NCBI GenBank assembly: GCA_035697145.1
Contig: DASSDL010000166.1
Location: 10,009-74,008, forward strand
Source of the DNA: Acidimicrobiales bacterium
GTDB taxonomy: Bacteria > Actinomycetota > Acidimicrobiia > Acidimicrobiales > VFJN01
Reading direction: 5' to 3'
DNA: 64,000 nucleotides
Below the pieces are notes generated by a model. It worked only from the letters and a program-made list of their open reading frames with translations. It was not told where the DNA came from and searched no databases. The translations under genes were made by a program, and so were the position numbers. Every line of letters begins with the position of its first letter. The stretch's first letter is position 1. Below, in pieces: positions 42,024 to 51,722 of the stretch.

Positions 42024-42974
42024 ATGAACGAGCGTCCCGCAAGGGCGAGAGCGAGGCCCGAGCGGGCCGCTGCGAAGCAGCCAGAGCGGGAAGCATGGCC
42101 CGATTCCGGCCTCTGCCTGCTCACGGTTCACGCCCATCCCGACGACGAGGCGTCGAAGGGGCCCGGCACCGTCGCCCGCTATCACGCCGAGGGTGTGCGC
42201 ACGGTGCTGGTGACCTGCACCGGGGGCGAGGCCGGCGACATCCTCAACCCGGCCATGGACCGGCCCGAGGTGGTAGCCGACCTGCCGGCGGTCCGGCAAC
42301 GCGAGCTGGCGCGCGCCGCCGAGATCATCGGCTACGACGAGGTGGTCATGCTCGGTTATCGCGACTCGGGCATGCCCGACACCGATCCCAATCACCATCC
42401 CGACGCGTTCGCCAACGTCCCGCTCGACGAGGCCGTCGGGCGGCTGGTCGCCGTCATCCGCCGGGAGCGGCCGCAGGTCATCGTCACGTACCCCGACGAT
42501 CAGAGCGGCTACCCGCATCCCGACCACCTGCGGGTCCACGACATCTCCGTGCCGGCATTCGAGCGCGCCGGTGACCCCGACGCGTATCCCGACGCGGGCG
42601 ACCCCTGGCAGCCGCTCAAGCTCTACTACTCGGTCTGGTCGCGCCGGCGCATCGAGGCCATGCACCGGCGCTTCGTCGAGCTCGGGCTCGAGTCGCCGTT
42701 CAGCGCCGAATGGTTCGACCGCATGTCCCACGACGACCGCATCACCACGACGATCGACCTCGCCGGCTTCAACGACGTGCGCCTCGATGCGCTGCTGGCG
42801 CACGAAACCCAGGTCGACCCCACGTCGCCGTTCTGGTTCGGACTGCCGCGGGACGAGCAGGCGGCGATCCACCCGTTCGACGACTACATCCTCGCCCGCA
42901 GCCTGGTCGACACCGAGAAGCCCGAATCCGACCTGTTCGCCGGCATTCGCAGCCGGGTGGGCCGTCGGGCGTAA
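42024..42974 (+). CDS. mca: PIG-L/LmbE-family deacetylase, probable mycothiol S-conjugate amidase
   Basis: 'LLTVHAHPDDEASKGPGTVARYHAEGVRTVLVTCTGGEAGDILNP' and 'YPHPDHLRVHD' fit the family. The 'ILNP' region and length favour Mca over MshB, judged from memory. The N-terminal 25 aa or so are uncertain. Confidence 0.75.
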   Translation: MNERPARARARPERAAAKQPEREAWPDSGLCLLTVHAHPDDEASKGPGTVARYHAEGVRTVLVTCTGGEAGDILNPAMDRPEVVADLPAVRQRELARAAEIIGYDEVVMLGYRDSGMPDTDPNHHPDAFANVPLDEAVGRLVAVIRRERPQVIVTYPDDQSGYPHPDHLRVHDISVPAFERAGDPDAYPDAGDPWQPLKLYYSVWSRRRIEAMHRRFVELGLESPFSAEWFDRMSHDDRITTTIDLAGFNDVRLDALLAHETQVDPTSPFWFGLPRDEQAAIHPFDDYILARSLVDTEKPESDLFAGIRSRVGRRA

Positions 42975-43001
42975 GCGAGCACCGGAGCCACTGGGTAGGT
43001 C

Positions 43002-43412
43002 GTGGGAGGGGTCAGCTTTCTGGGGACCGAATGGTTGGCGCTGGCGCGCGAGGCGTTCGGCAACGTGCCGCCTCGCCCGGGGGCGACCGCACGGATCCAG
43101 CGCGTGGTCACGGGCGCACCGGACGGGGACGTCGTGTTCACGCTGACGCTCGAGGACGGGCGGTTGCAGGACGCCGCCCTTGCGGGGGGGCACGAACCGG
43201 ATCCCGACGCCGAGCTCACGATCACAACGACCTACGCCGACACGTTGCTGTTGGCGTCCGGAGATCTCGATCTCGACGTCGCGGTCATGCAGGGCCGGGC
43301 CAAGGTGGCGGGGTCGATGAGCGCGCTGCTCGCCATCCTGCCCGTCACGCGAAGCCGGGAGTTCCGCGCCGCCCGGGCCGCCCTGCACGAGCGCGTGTCA
43401 GCCCCCGGCTGA
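43002..43412 (+). CDS. SCP2 sterol-binding-domain protein
   Basis: 136 aa. 'FLGTEWLALAREAF' and 'ADTLLLASGDLDLDVAVMQGRAKVAGSMSALLAILP' fit SCP2-like proteins. Confidence 0.65.
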   Translation: MGGVSFLGTEWLALAREAFGNVPPRPGATARIQRVVTGAPDGDVVFTLTLEDGRLQDAALAGGHEPDPDAELTITTTYADTLLLASGDLDLDVAVMQGRAKVAGSMSALLAILPVTRSREFRAARAALHERVSAPG

Positions 43413-43422
43413 CGCCCGGCGG

Positions 43423-44280
43423 CTACCCGCTGCGCTGGAGGTTGCGCAGCTCCCGGTAGCCGATGAGGCCGGCACCGGCGCGTTCGAGCATGGTGCGGAG
43501 ACTCCGGTCGGTGACCACGAGGTCGTGGTCGTCGACCCGAGCTGCCCAATCCTTGGTCAGTGCCCGCAGCTCGGGAGAATCGACGGCCGGGTGGACGTAG
43601 ACCTCGGTCACCCCCGGCTGGAGGTCGTGGACCGTCCGCTCGATGTCGCGGCGGCTTCCCACCCCCCGGACGTAGACGAAGTGATCGGGGAATACCGCGC
43701 CCTCCTCCTCGGCCAGCTTCCGGAAGGGAAAGCCGATGGTGCGCTCGGTGGAGGCGCCCGACAGGCGGATGGGCAGGCCGAACTCCAGCGCCAGGTCGAG
43801 GTAGATGTCGAAGAACTCGGCCTTGAGCTGAAGGGTCCCCATGTGGCTGTCCAGGTGGCTCACGTCGAAGCCCCAGAGGATTGCTCGTTCGATCTGCGCC
43901 CGCAGCTCTCGGCGGGCCTCGTCGAGGTCGGCGTGGTCCCAGAGGTCCCGCTGAGTGCGGGGGAAGCCTCCATCGCCGTCCAGCAGCGAGGGGGCGTGGG
44001 TGATGGGGCCCCAGCGGTAGAGGTCGTGCTCGGCGTTGAGCGTGAGATGCACGCCCACGTCCTCGCCGCGGTAGCGCGCCGCGGCCTCGCGCGCCCACGG
44101 GCAGGGGACCATCAGCGAGGCGCTGGTGGCGACGCCGTCGCGCAGCGCTTCGTAGATGCCCACGTTGGCGGCGTGGCAGGAACCCAGGTCGTCGCAGTTG
44201 ATGATCAGCACCCGGTCGTCGGGGCCGTAGCCGAGGCGTTCGGCGAGCGTGGCCATCGGACCGAGGCTATCGCTGGTCAC
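43423..44280 (-). CDS. ChbG/HpnK (YdjC-like) family carbohydrate deacetylase
   Basis: 'LIINCDDLGSCHAANVGIYEAL..G.ATSASLMVPCPW', 'VGVHLTL' and 'HLDSHMG' are YdjC-family motifs. The start is GTG 44280 or ATG 44256. Confidence 0.8.
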   Translation of the reverse strand: MTSDSLGPMATLAERLGYGPDDRVLIINCDDLGSCHAANVGIYEALRDGVATSASLMVPCPWAREAAARYRGEDVGVHLTLNAEHDLYRWGPITHAPSLLDGDGGFPRTQRDLWDHADLDEARRELRAQIERAILWGFDVSHLDSHMGTLQLKAEFFDIYLDLALEFGLPIRLSGASTERTIGFPFRKLAEEEGAVFPDHFVYVRGVGSRRDIERTVHDLQPGVTEVYVHPAVDSPELRALTKDWAARVDDHDLVVTDRSLRTMLERAGAGLIGYRELRNLQRSG

Positions 44281-44284
44281 GGCA

Positions 44285-44845
44285 CTAGCCGAGGGGCACG
44301 TCGGCGCTGCCGCACGCCGTCCAGAGGCCCGCCCCGGCGGTACGCGCCTCGCGCTCGGCCTGCTCGAAGTCGGCCTGGTGGGCGGTGTTGGGGGGATAGG
44401 CGAGCGGCTCGGCGAAGCCGCCGGTCACCTGGGCGAGGTTCAGGAACAGGTCGTCTCGGGCGCGGTAGGCGTAGGCGAGCAGCCGGTCGTACTGGTCACG
44501 GGCCTCGACGTCGCGCTCCAGCCGGATGGCCGTGCCGGGCGGCGCCAGGTCGGCGAGGTGGTGCGACGCCTCGGCACCGAAGCACTCGTCGGGGCGGTCG
44601 GGGGCGACGGTCTCGGGCGTGTCGATGCCGATGAGGCGCACGTGCTCGTCACCGCCGGCGAGGTCGACCACCAGCGTGTCGCCGTCGATGACCTCGACGA
44701 CGGTGGCGGTGCCAGGGGGGCCCTGCGTGCCGGTGCGGCCCGGGGACAGCTGGAACGTGACCACCCCCGCCACGGTGGCGGCGCCGACGATCACCACCAG
44801 CAGCGCGGGTGGACCGGAGCGAGGGGTCGCACTCGTGGACAACAT
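44285..44845 (-). CDS. thermonuclease (SNase) family protein, membrane-anchored
   Basis: It has an N-terminal TM helix, then 'VVEVIDGDTLVV......VRLIGIDTPE' and 'DRYDRLLAYAY'. Confidence 0.8.
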   Translation of the reverse strand: MLSTSATPRSGPPALLVVIVGAATVAGVVTFQLSPGRTGTQGPPGTATVVEVIDGDTLVVDLAGGDEHVRLIGIDTPETVAPDRPDECFGAEASHHLADLAPPGTAIRLERDVEARDQYDRLLAYAYRARDDLFLNLAQVTGGFAEPLAYPPNTAHQADFEQAEREARTAGAGLWTACGSADVPLG

Positions 44846-44945
44846 GACTCCCGGGTCGACGGCATCGGGTCGTGGCGGCCGTCGGCCGCGATCCGGGAGC
44901 GACCCGTGGGGAGGCGGGCGGGGGTGAGGCCGGAGCCGTGACCGC

Positions 44946-46124
44946 CTACGGCCGCTCGATGATCGTGCCCGTGCCCAGGCCGCCGCCGCAGCACATCGTG
45001 ATGAGGGCGGCGGAGCCGTCGATGCGCTCGAGCTCGTGGACCGCCTTGGTCATGAGGAAGGCTCCGGTTGCCCCCAGCGGGTGGCCGAGGGCGATGGCGC
45101 CGCCGTTGGGATTGGTGCGGTCGAGGTCGGCACCCAGCTCGCGCTGCCACGCCAGCACCACCGAGGCGAAGGCCTCGTTGATCTCCACCAGGTCGATGTC
45201 GGAGAGCGCCATGCCGGTGCGGGCCAGCAGGCGCTGGGTGGCGTCGATCGGCCCGGTGAGCATGAGGATCGGATCCACCCCGACGAGGCAGGTGTCGACG
45301 ACACGGGCTCGTGCCTGCAGCCCCAGCTCGGCGGCCTTGTCGGCGGTCATCATGAGGAGCGCCGCGGCACCGTCGCTGATCTGGGACGAGCTACCCGCCG
45401 TGTGGACCCCGTCGGGTCGAGCCACCGGCTTGAGCCCGGCCAGCGCCTCGATGCTGGTGTCGCGCGGGCCCTCGTCGCGGGCGACGTGGTGGGTGGTGCC
45501 CGTCGGCTTGCCCTCGTCGTCGACGTCGGGGGCGTCGACCGGCACCACCTGGGTGTCGAACCGCCCTTCGGCCCAGGCCCGGGCGGCCCGTTGCTGGGAC
45601 AGCAACCCGAACTCGTCGGTGTCGGTCCGCGTGATGCCCCACTTGTCGGCGATGCGTTCGGCGCCTTCGAACTGCGACGTGAACTCGTAGCGCGGGAAGT
45701 AGGTCTTGGGGATCGGCACGCCCAAGCCGAGCTTCTTGGACGAGTTGGACCCGATGGGCACCCGGGACATCAGCTCGACCCCGCAAGCGATGGCCGCGTC
45801 GACGATGCCGGACGCCACCAGGCTGGTGGCCACGTTGGTGGCCTGCTGTGAGGAGCCACACTGGGTGTCGACGGTGGTGGCGGCGGTGCCGAGCGGGAGG
45901 CCGGCGCTCAGCCAAGCGGTGCGCGTGATGTTGAACGACTGCTCGCCGACCTGACTCACACACCCACCCACGACCTGCTCGACCTCGGCGGGATCGATGC
46001 CGGAGCGACCGACGACCTCGCTCAGGGCGGAGCCGAGGAGGTCGGCGGGGTGAACGGTGGACAGTCCGCCGTTGCGGCGCCCGACGGGCGTGCGCACGGC
46101 CTCGACGATGACGACGTCAGCCAT
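44946..46124 (-). CDS. acetyl-CoA C-acyltransferase (FadA-type thiolase)
   Basis: 392 aa with 'VIVEAVRTPVGRRNG', active Cys 'VDTQCGSSQQA', and C-terminal 'NPNGGAIALGHPLGATGA' and 'MCCGGGLG'. Confidence 0.9.
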   Translation of the reverse strand: MADVVIVEAVRTPVGRRNGGLSTVHPADLLGSALSEVVGRSGIDPAEVEQVVGGCVSQVGEQSFNITRTAWLSAGLPLGTAATTVDTQCGSSQQATNVATSLVASGIVDAAIACGVELMSRVPIGSNSSKKLGLGVPIPKTYFPRYEFTSQFEGAERIADKWGITRTDTDEFGLLSQQRAARAWAEGRFDTQVVPVDAPDVDDEGKPTGTTHHVARDEGPRDTSIEALAGLKPVARPDGVHTAGSSSQISDGAAALLMMTADKAAELGLQARARVVDTCLVGVDPILMLTGPIDATQRLLARTGMALSDIDLVEINEAFASVVLAWQRELGADLDRTNPNGGAIALGHPLGATGAFLMTKAVHELERIDGSAALITMCCGGGLGTGTIIERP

Positions 46125-46185
46125 GGGACCTCACGCTAGCTGTGCTTTGGACCCTCCCGACCGCCCCGGGAGCCCGCCCGGTCGA

Positions 46186-46452
46186 TCACCAGTGACGACC
46201 GCGACTGATCGCCTCGAGGACCAGCAACAAGAGCGCCGCTCCGACAAAGGCCACGAAGATCGAGCCGATGTCGAAGTCGTCGATGACGTCGCTGTCGCTG
46301 TCGGTCGCCACCCGGAACAGCGCCCCGCCGATGAAGCCGCCGAGGATGCCGACGATGATCGTGACCAGACAGCCGCGCCGACGGGCGCCGGTGACCCAGC
46401 GGGCCAACGTGCCGGCGATGAACCCCACGACGATCCAACCGAGGATGGTCAT
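46186..46452 (-). CDS. GlsB/YeaQ/YmgE-family (transglycosylase-associated) stress membrane protein
   Basis: 88 aa. 'ILGWIVVGFIAGTLARWV......GCLVTIIVGILGGFIGGALF' is typical of the family. Confidence 0.8.
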   Translation of the reverse strand: MTILGWIVVGFIAGTLARWVTGARRRGCLVTIIVGILGGFIGGALFRVATDSDSDVIDDFDIGSIFVAFVGAALLLLVLEAISRGRHW

Positions 46453-46479
46453 CGGCGCCGCACGCTACCGCCCGGCCGC

Positions 46480-46695
46480 TCACGCCGCTGGGCGATCTCG
46501 GGCTCCGGGTGGCGCGCCCACTCGGGTCGCAGGCCGCTCCGGCGGCGCCGCCGGGCCCCGCCGGCGTGCGTGCGTGAGGGCGGCTCGGGCGTCGACAAGG
46601 CCCTTGCGGCCGACCTCGCGAGTCTGCTCGTCGAGCCGCCAGGCATGTGGCCGACTCCGGTGCGAGCCGGTGATGAGGGAGAGTTGCTTGGTCAT
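46480..46695 (-). CDS. small hypothetical protein (71 aa)
   Basis: ATG 46695 lies inside ORF 46480..46743. 'HAWRLDEQTREVGRKGLVDARAAL' recalls small conserved actinobacterial ORFs. No clear RBS is present. GC3 is good in the first half and weaker in the tail. Confidence 0.4.
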   Translation of the reverse strand: MTKQLSLITGSHRSRPHAWRLDEQTREVGRKGLVDARAALTHARRRGPAAPPERPATRVGAPPGARDRPAA

Positions 46696-46754
46696 GGGCC
46701 CAGTATCCCGAGCGGGTGTGACAATTTGGGCCCCGTCGGCCACGGAGGCGCCCC

Positions 46755-47690
46755 TTGACCATCTCGAACATCACCATCCGCCCGCTCACGGCGACCGACC
46801 TCGACCGCTTCCTGGCGCTGGAGGGGCCGTCCTACGGTCCACCCGGTCGCGACTTCCTCGCTACGGCCGCCGAGAACCACTACCGACCGCACTGGACATG
46901 GGTCGCCGAGCGGGACGGGCGGGTCGTGGCCCGCGCCGCGTGGTGGGGCGCGCCCGATGACGACCACCCGATAGCGCTCGACTGGTTCGATCTCGCCGAT
47001 GCGTCCGATCGGGTCGCGATCGGGGCGGAGCTGTTGCGGGCCGCCAGCGAACGGGTACGCACCGACAGCGGCGGCTTCCCCGAGTACCACCTGTTCCTGC
47101 CGGCCGACTGGCACGATCGCGCGGACGTCCGCCAAGCCGTCGACGAGCGCACCGATGCCGCCGGCCAGGCGGGCCTCCATCCGTTCGTCGAGCGGCTGCG
47201 GATCGAGTGGGTGGCGGCGTCGGGTGCCCCGCCCACGGACAACCGGCTGACGTTCGCTCCGGCGGGCGACGAGGCCGAGCTGCTCGACGTCCTCGAGCGC
47301 ATCAACGTCGGGACTCTCGACGCCTACGCCCGCCGCGACATCGAGCGCCACGGGGCCGCGGCCGCGGCGCGCATACAGCTCGACGACATGGAGTGGATGC
47401 CCGCACCCCGGGAGTGGTGGCGGCTGGCCTTCACCGCCGCCGGCGCGCTCGTGGGCGTGGTCATGCCGTCACGCAACTACGAGTCGTTCGTCATCGCCTA
47501 CATCGGTATCGTCCCCGAGCAGCGGGGCCACGGCCACGTCGATGGGCTGCTGGCGGAAGCCACCACGTTCCTCGTCGGCCAGGGAGCCGCACGGATCGTG
47601 GCCGACACCGATACCGGCAACCGCCCGATGGCGGCTGCCTTCGAGCGCGGGGGCTACCGGGTGACGGCGCGCCGGATCGTGATGACCTGA
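46755..47690 (+). CDS. GNAT-family N-acetyltransferase (two-lobed)
   Basis: TTG start with GGAGG 6 nt upstream. 'ITIRPLTATDLDRFLAL' and the C-terminal acetyl-CoA motif 'YIGIVPEQRGHGHVDGLL'. Confidence 0.75.
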   Translation: MTISNITIRPLTATDLDRFLALEGPSYGPPGRDFLATAAENHYRPHWTWVAERDGRVVARAAWWGAPDDDHPIALDWFDLADASDRVAIGAELLRAASERVRTDSGGFPEYHLFLPADWHDRADVRQAVDERTDAAGQAGLHPFVERLRIEWVAASGAPPTDNRLTFAPAGDEAELLDVLERINVGTLDAYARRDIERHGAAAAARIQLDDMEWMPAPREWWRLAFTAAGALVGVVMPSRNYESFVIAYIGIVPEQRGHGHVDGLLAEATTFLVGQGAARIVADTDTGNRPMAAAFERGGYRVTARRIVMT

Positions 47691-47746
47691 GCGCAGACGC
47701 GGCGCAGACGAGGCGCGGACTTCAGACGCGGCGCGGACTTCAGACG
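47691..47746. repeat. short tandem duplications at a convergent gene junction
   Basis: Read directly: GCGCAGACG occurs twice (47691-47699 and 47702-47710). GCGCGGACTTCAGACG occurs twice (47713-47728 and 47731-47746). The last copy contains the amidase stop codon (rc of 47740-47742). Confidence 0.8.
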
Positions 47747-49128
47747 GGTGCCCCCGGCGCCACCAGGGGCCACGGCCGCTCGCGCTCGACCACCTGCGCG
47801 AGATCGAGCAGCAGGGCGTCGTCGTGGTGGCGGCCGATCAGCTGCATCCCGACGGGCAAGCCGTCCACCGTCCCCGCCGGCACGGAGATGGCGGGGTTGC
47901 CCACGATGTTGGCCGGGATCGTCAAGAGGCCGTTGTTCTCGGGGCCTACCGACACGTTGCCCACCCGCGTGTTGATGCCGATGTCGGCGGGGAAGGCCAC
48001 GTCGGGGTTGGTGGAGCAGACGACGACATCCACAGCGTCGAACAGGTCGGCCATCCGTTCGTTGGCCTCGGTGCGCTGCGCTTCCACCTTGGCGGCGATG
48101 TCCAGGTTGAACATCTGATCGGCCAGGTCGAGCCCGAAGGCCATCTCCAGCGTCATGTCGTCTTTGCAGGCCGGCCAGAGACCGGTGAGTGCCCGGCGCA
48201 GTTGGGACAGGTTGGCCATGGCCCACTCGAACCCGAGCCCGGGCAGGCGCACCGGCACGTCCACCAGCCGCAGCCCCGCGTCGCGGGCCAGCGCCTCGCC
48301 CGCCTCCCGGACCACGGCCTCGACCTCGGGGCGGACCACCGCGTTCCCGAGGTCGGGCACGATCGCGACGCGTAGGCCCCCGAGGGTGCGGGTACCCAGG
48401 TCGCGCTCCCAGCCGTCGATGCGCGGCAGGCTGTAGGGGTCGCGAGCGTCGTAGCCCGCGCAGACGTCGAACCAGCGGGCGACGTCGCGGACCGAACGGG
48501 CGACGCACCCGAACACCACCGTGAGGGGTGCGATCTCGGTGAGGGGACCCCGCGGGATGCGGCCGGCGGTTCCTTTCATCCCCACGAGGCCGCAGAAGCC
48601 CGCGGGGATGCGGATGGAGCCTCCCCCGTCGCTGCCCGTGGCGATGGGCAGCAGCCCGCCGGCAACCGCGGCGGCGGATCCGCCCGAGGAGCCGCCGGCA
48701 GTGCGCCCCGTCTGCCACGGATTGTGGGTGACGCCGTGGAGCTTGGTGACGCTCACGTTGAGGCCGCCGAACTCGCTGGCGGTCGTCTGCCCGACCTTGA
48801 CGACCCCGGCACGTTCCAGCCGCCGCACCATCGTCGTGGTGCGGTCGGCCACGCGATCGGCGAAGACAAGGCTGGCGTCGGCCTGGGGCCAGCCCTCGAC
48901 CGGCTCCAGTTCCTTGACGCCGAGGGGCACGCCGCCGAGGGGCAGCGACACGTCGGCTTCGGCGGCGGCCGTTCGCGCGTCATCTGTGTCGAGGTAGCAC
49001 AGGGCGTCGAGCGCGCTCCGCCCGACCGCGGCGAGGGCCAAGTCGACCTCTTCCTCGGGGTTGCGCTCGCCGGACCGGAAGGCGTCGACCAGTGAGCAGG
49101 CATCTCCCTGCCAGGGGGTGTCTGTCAT
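47740..49128 (-). CDS. amidase (amidase-signature family)
   Basis: The amidase-signature motif is 'GGSSGGSAAAVAGGLLPIATGSDGGGSIRIPAGFCGLVGMK'. I chose ATG 49128 ('MTDTPWQGD'). The ORF begins at 49146. Confidence 0.85.
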   Translation of the reverse strand: MTDTPWQGDACSLVDAFRSGERNPEEEVDLALAAVGRSALDALCYLDTDDARTAAAEADVSLPLGGVPLGVKELEPVEGWPQADASLVFADRVADRTTTMVRRLERAGVVKVGQTTASEFGGLNVSVTKLHGVTHNPWQTGRTAGGSSGGSAAAVAGGLLPIATGSDGGGSIRIPAGFCGLVGMKGTAGRIPRGPLTEIAPLTVVFGCVARSVRDVARWFDVCAGYDARDPYSLPRIDGWERDLGTRTLGGLRVAIVPDLGNAVVRPEVEAVVREAGEALARDAGLRLVDVPVRLPGLGFEWAMANLSQLRRALTGLWPACKDDMTLEMAFGLDLADQMFNLDIAAKVEAQRTEANERMADLFDAVDVVVCSTNPDVAFPADIGINTRVGNVSVGPENNGLLTIPANIVGNPAISVPAGTVDGLPVGMQLIGRHHDDALLLDLAQVVERERPWPLVAPGAPV

Positions 49129-49160
49129 GGCTGGGCAGTTTGGCACCTACAGTCGCTCCG

Positions 49161-49976
49161 ATGGATGCCCGCAAGTGGCTCGGACTCGAACCGACGCACA
49201 ACCCCATGCGCTGGGTCCTGCCGGTCACCCCCGGCATCTCCACCGCGGCCCCGTTCCTGTTCGGCGGGTGCGCGCTCGGCGCCGCCATAGCCGCCATGGA
49301 GCACACCGGCCAGCGCCCGGTCATCTGGGCCACCGCCCAGTACCTGTCCTATGCCCGGCCGCCGTCGATGCTCGACATCGACGTAACCCTGGCGGCGACC
49401 GGGAAGCACGTCACGCAGGCGCGTGTGGTGGGCCACGTGGCGGACACCGAGATCCTCACGGTCAACGCCGCGCTGGGCACGCGCGCCTACCAGGCCGAGG
49501 GCATCTGGGTGACCAGGCCCGACGTACCCCACCCCGACGATTGCCCGGCTCGTCCGCCCCGCCTCTCGACCGGCGAATCGATCCATGATCGCATCGACGT
49601 CCGGCTGGCCCGCGCCCGCCCCTGGGAAGACGTCGAGGGCCATCCCGCGGCCGAGGGTCGGTCGTCGGTGTGGGCGCGCATGCCCGACCTGCTGGACCTG
49701 TCGTCCGGCGCCAGCCTCGCCATCCTCGGCGACTACGTGCCCTTCGGGATCAGCCAGGCGCTCGGGCTCGCCGGAGGCGGCAACAGCAGCCTCGACAACA
49801 CCCTGCGGGTCTACCGGCTGGTGCCGACGGAATGGGTGTTGCTCGACATCCGCATCGACGCCGTCGCCCACGGGTTCGGGCATGGCGTCGTCCACATCTG
49901 GGCCGAGGACGGGACCCTGCTGGCCACGGCCAGCCAGTCGACCATCGTCCGGGTCGGCAGCGAAGGACGCGTGTGA
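49161..49976 (+). CDS. acyl-CoA thioesterase (TesB-like/4HBT_3 double hot-dog)
   Basis: ATG 49161 lies inside ORF 49092..49976. 'FLFGGCALGAAIAAME...VIWATAQYL' and 'DNTLRVYR...EWVLLDIRIDAVAHGFGHGVVHIWAEDGTLLATASQS' fit the family. Confidence 0.75.
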   Translation: MDARKWLGLEPTHNPMRWVLPVTPGISTAAPFLFGGCALGAAIAAMEHTGQRPVIWATAQYLSYARPPSMLDIDVTLAATGKHVTQARVVGHVADTEILTVNAALGTRAYQAEGIWVTRPDVPHPDDCPARPPRLSTGESIHDRIDVRLARARPWEDVEGHPAAEGRSSVWARMPDLLDLSSGASLAILGDYVPFGISQALGLAGGGNSSLDNTLRVYRLVPTEWVLLDIRIDAVAHGFGHGVVHIWAEDGTLLATASQSTIVRVGSEGRV

Positions 49977-49988
49977 CAGCATCCGGTC

Positions 49989-50975
49989 ATGCAGCGCTAC
50001 GGCATGACCATTCCCTTCGACAACGTCCCGTTGCACGAGCAACGCGACTGGATCGTGGAGCTGGCCGACCTCGGCTACACCGACGTCTGGTCGTCGGAGG
50101 CCAACGGGGCCGACGCCTTCACGCCGCTGGCACTTGCCTCCGCATGGGCACCGTCCTTGCGCCTGGGCACCGCCATCGTCCCGGCGTTCACCCGGGGACC
50201 GGGTTGCCTGGCGCAGAGCGTGGGATCGCTGGCGCAAGCGGCGCCGGGACGGGTCGCCCTGGGCGTGGGCACGTCGTCCAACGTCATCGTCGAGGGATGG
50301 AACGGCATCCCGTTCGAGCAGCCCTACCAGCGCACTCGCGACATCGTGCGCTTCCTGCGCCAGGCACTGACCGGCGAGAAGGTGACGGCCGAGTACGAGA
50401 CGTTCTCGGTGCGCGGCTTCAAGCTGGGCGTGGTGCCGCCGGAGCCGGTGCCGATCCTGGTGGCCGCACTACGGGAGGGCATGCTGCGGCTGGCCGGCCG
50501 CGAGGGTGACGGCGCGATCGTCAACTGGCTGTCGGCCGACGACGTGGCCACGGTGGCCCCCATCGTGCGCCGGGCGGCGGAGGGGAAGGCCGGCGCACCC
50601 GATGGTGCGCCCCCCGAGATCGCGGCCCGGATCTTCGTTGCCCCGAGCGACGACGCCGACACGGTGCGGGGCATGGGACGGTTCGCGATCGCCGCCTATC
50701 TCAACGTGCCCGTGTACGCGGCGTTCCACGAGTGGTTGGGACGTACCGAGCAGCTCGGAGACATGTGGCGGTTGTGGAAGGAGGGCGACCGCAAGGGGGC
50801 GCTGGCCGCCATCCCCGACGAGGTCGTGGACGAGCTGATCGTGTGGGGCAAGCCCGAGCAGTGCCGCGAGCACGTCCAGCGCTACGTCGACAACGGCGTG
50901 TCCACGCCGGCGCTGGCCCTGCTGCCGTTCGGTTACGACCAGCGCCAGGCCATCCGCGACCTCGCTCCTCGCTGA
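49989..50975 (+). CDS. LLM-class flavin/F420-dependent oxidoreductase
   Basis: 328 aa with 'YGMTIPFDNVPLHEQRDWIVELADLGYTDVWSSE', 'RVALGVGTSS' and 'GDGAIVNWL'. Confidence 0.85.
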   Translation: MQRYGMTIPFDNVPLHEQRDWIVELADLGYTDVWSSEANGADAFTPLALASAWAPSLRLGTAIVPAFTRGPGCLAQSVGSLAQAAPGRVALGVGTSSNVIVEGWNGIPFEQPYQRTRDIVRFLRQALTGEKVTAEYETFSVRGFKLGVVPPEPVPILVAALREGMLRLAGREGDGAIVNWLSADDVATVAPIVRRAAEGKAGAPDGAPPEIAARIFVAPSDDADTVRGMGRFAIAAYLNVPVYAAFHEWLGRTEQLGDMWRLWKEGDRKGALAAIPDEVVDELIVWGKPEQCREHVQRYVDNGVSTPALALLPFGYDQRQAIRDLAPR

Positions 50976-50994
50976 CCCCGAACGCGCTTCGGGG
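50976..50994 (+). terminator. hairpin immediately after the LLM stop (CCCCGAA-n5-TTCGGGG)
   Basis: Read directly: a 7-bp GC-rich stem with a 5-nt loop starts 1 nt after the TGA. No T-tract follows, so its role as a terminator is uncertain. Confidence 0.35.
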
Positions 50995-51066
50995 GAATCC
51001 CCGATGCCCCGGCCGGCGTTGGGGTCCTACGGTGGCAACCATGCATGCGTTTCGGCGGAATTCCGC

Positions 51067-51717
51067 ATGCCGCGAGCGGCGACGACCACGATGATCGACC
51101 TCAACGCCCTCGCGGATCTGGGCGTCCTGGCGTACCTGCTGATCTTCGGGTTCGCGGCGCTCGACGTCGTCTTTCCGGTGCTGCCCAGCGAGGCGACCGT
51201 GATCCTGGCCGGGGTGCTGGCGTGGCAGGGACGGCTCAGCATCGTGGCGGTGGGGCTCGCGGCGGCGGCTGGGGCCATCGCCGGCGACCACCTCTCCTAC
51301 GGGCTCGGGCGCTGGACGAGCCAGGGTGGGTTCCGGCGCTCCGGAAGCAAGGTCGCTCGGTTGCAGGCCTGGGCGGCGCAGCAACTCCAGATCCGGGGAC
51401 CGACGATCCTCCTCATGGCCCGTTTCGTGCCCGGCGGGCGCACCGCCAGTACGTTCATGAGTGGGCGGCTCCGGTTCCCGCTGGCGCGCTTCAGCGCCGT
51501 CGCCTGCCTCGCCGGCCCCCTGTGGGCGACCTTCGGCGCTTCTCTGGGCTACCTCGGCGGCACCACGTTCCACGACCACACGTTGCTGGCCACCGGCCTC
51601 GGGATTGTCGTCGGTGTGACGCTGGCAGCGTTGGCCGAGCTCGCACTTCGCCGGATCGGCATCTACGGGAAGCCGGCGCCGGAGGTCCTTGCCACGGAGG
51701 ACGACCTGGCTGCCTGA
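51067..51717 (+). CDS. DedA-family membrane protein
   Basis: 'YLLIFGFAALDVVFPVLPSEATVILAGVLA' and 'LLMARFVPGGRTASTFMSG' are DedA/SNARE-associated motifs. The start is ambiguous (51004, 51067 or 51091). Confidence 0.8.
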   Translation: MPRAATTTMIDLNALADLGVLAYLLIFGFAALDVVFPVLPSEATVILAGVLAWQGRLSIVAVGLAAAAGAIAGDHLSYGLGRWTSQGGFRRSGSKVARLQAWAAQQLQIRGPTILLMARFVPGGRTASTFMSGRLRFPLARFSAVACLAGPLWATFGASLGYLGGTTFHDHTLLATGLGIVVGVTLAALAELALRRIGIYGKPAPEVLATEDDLAA

Positions 51718-51722
51718 GCCTG

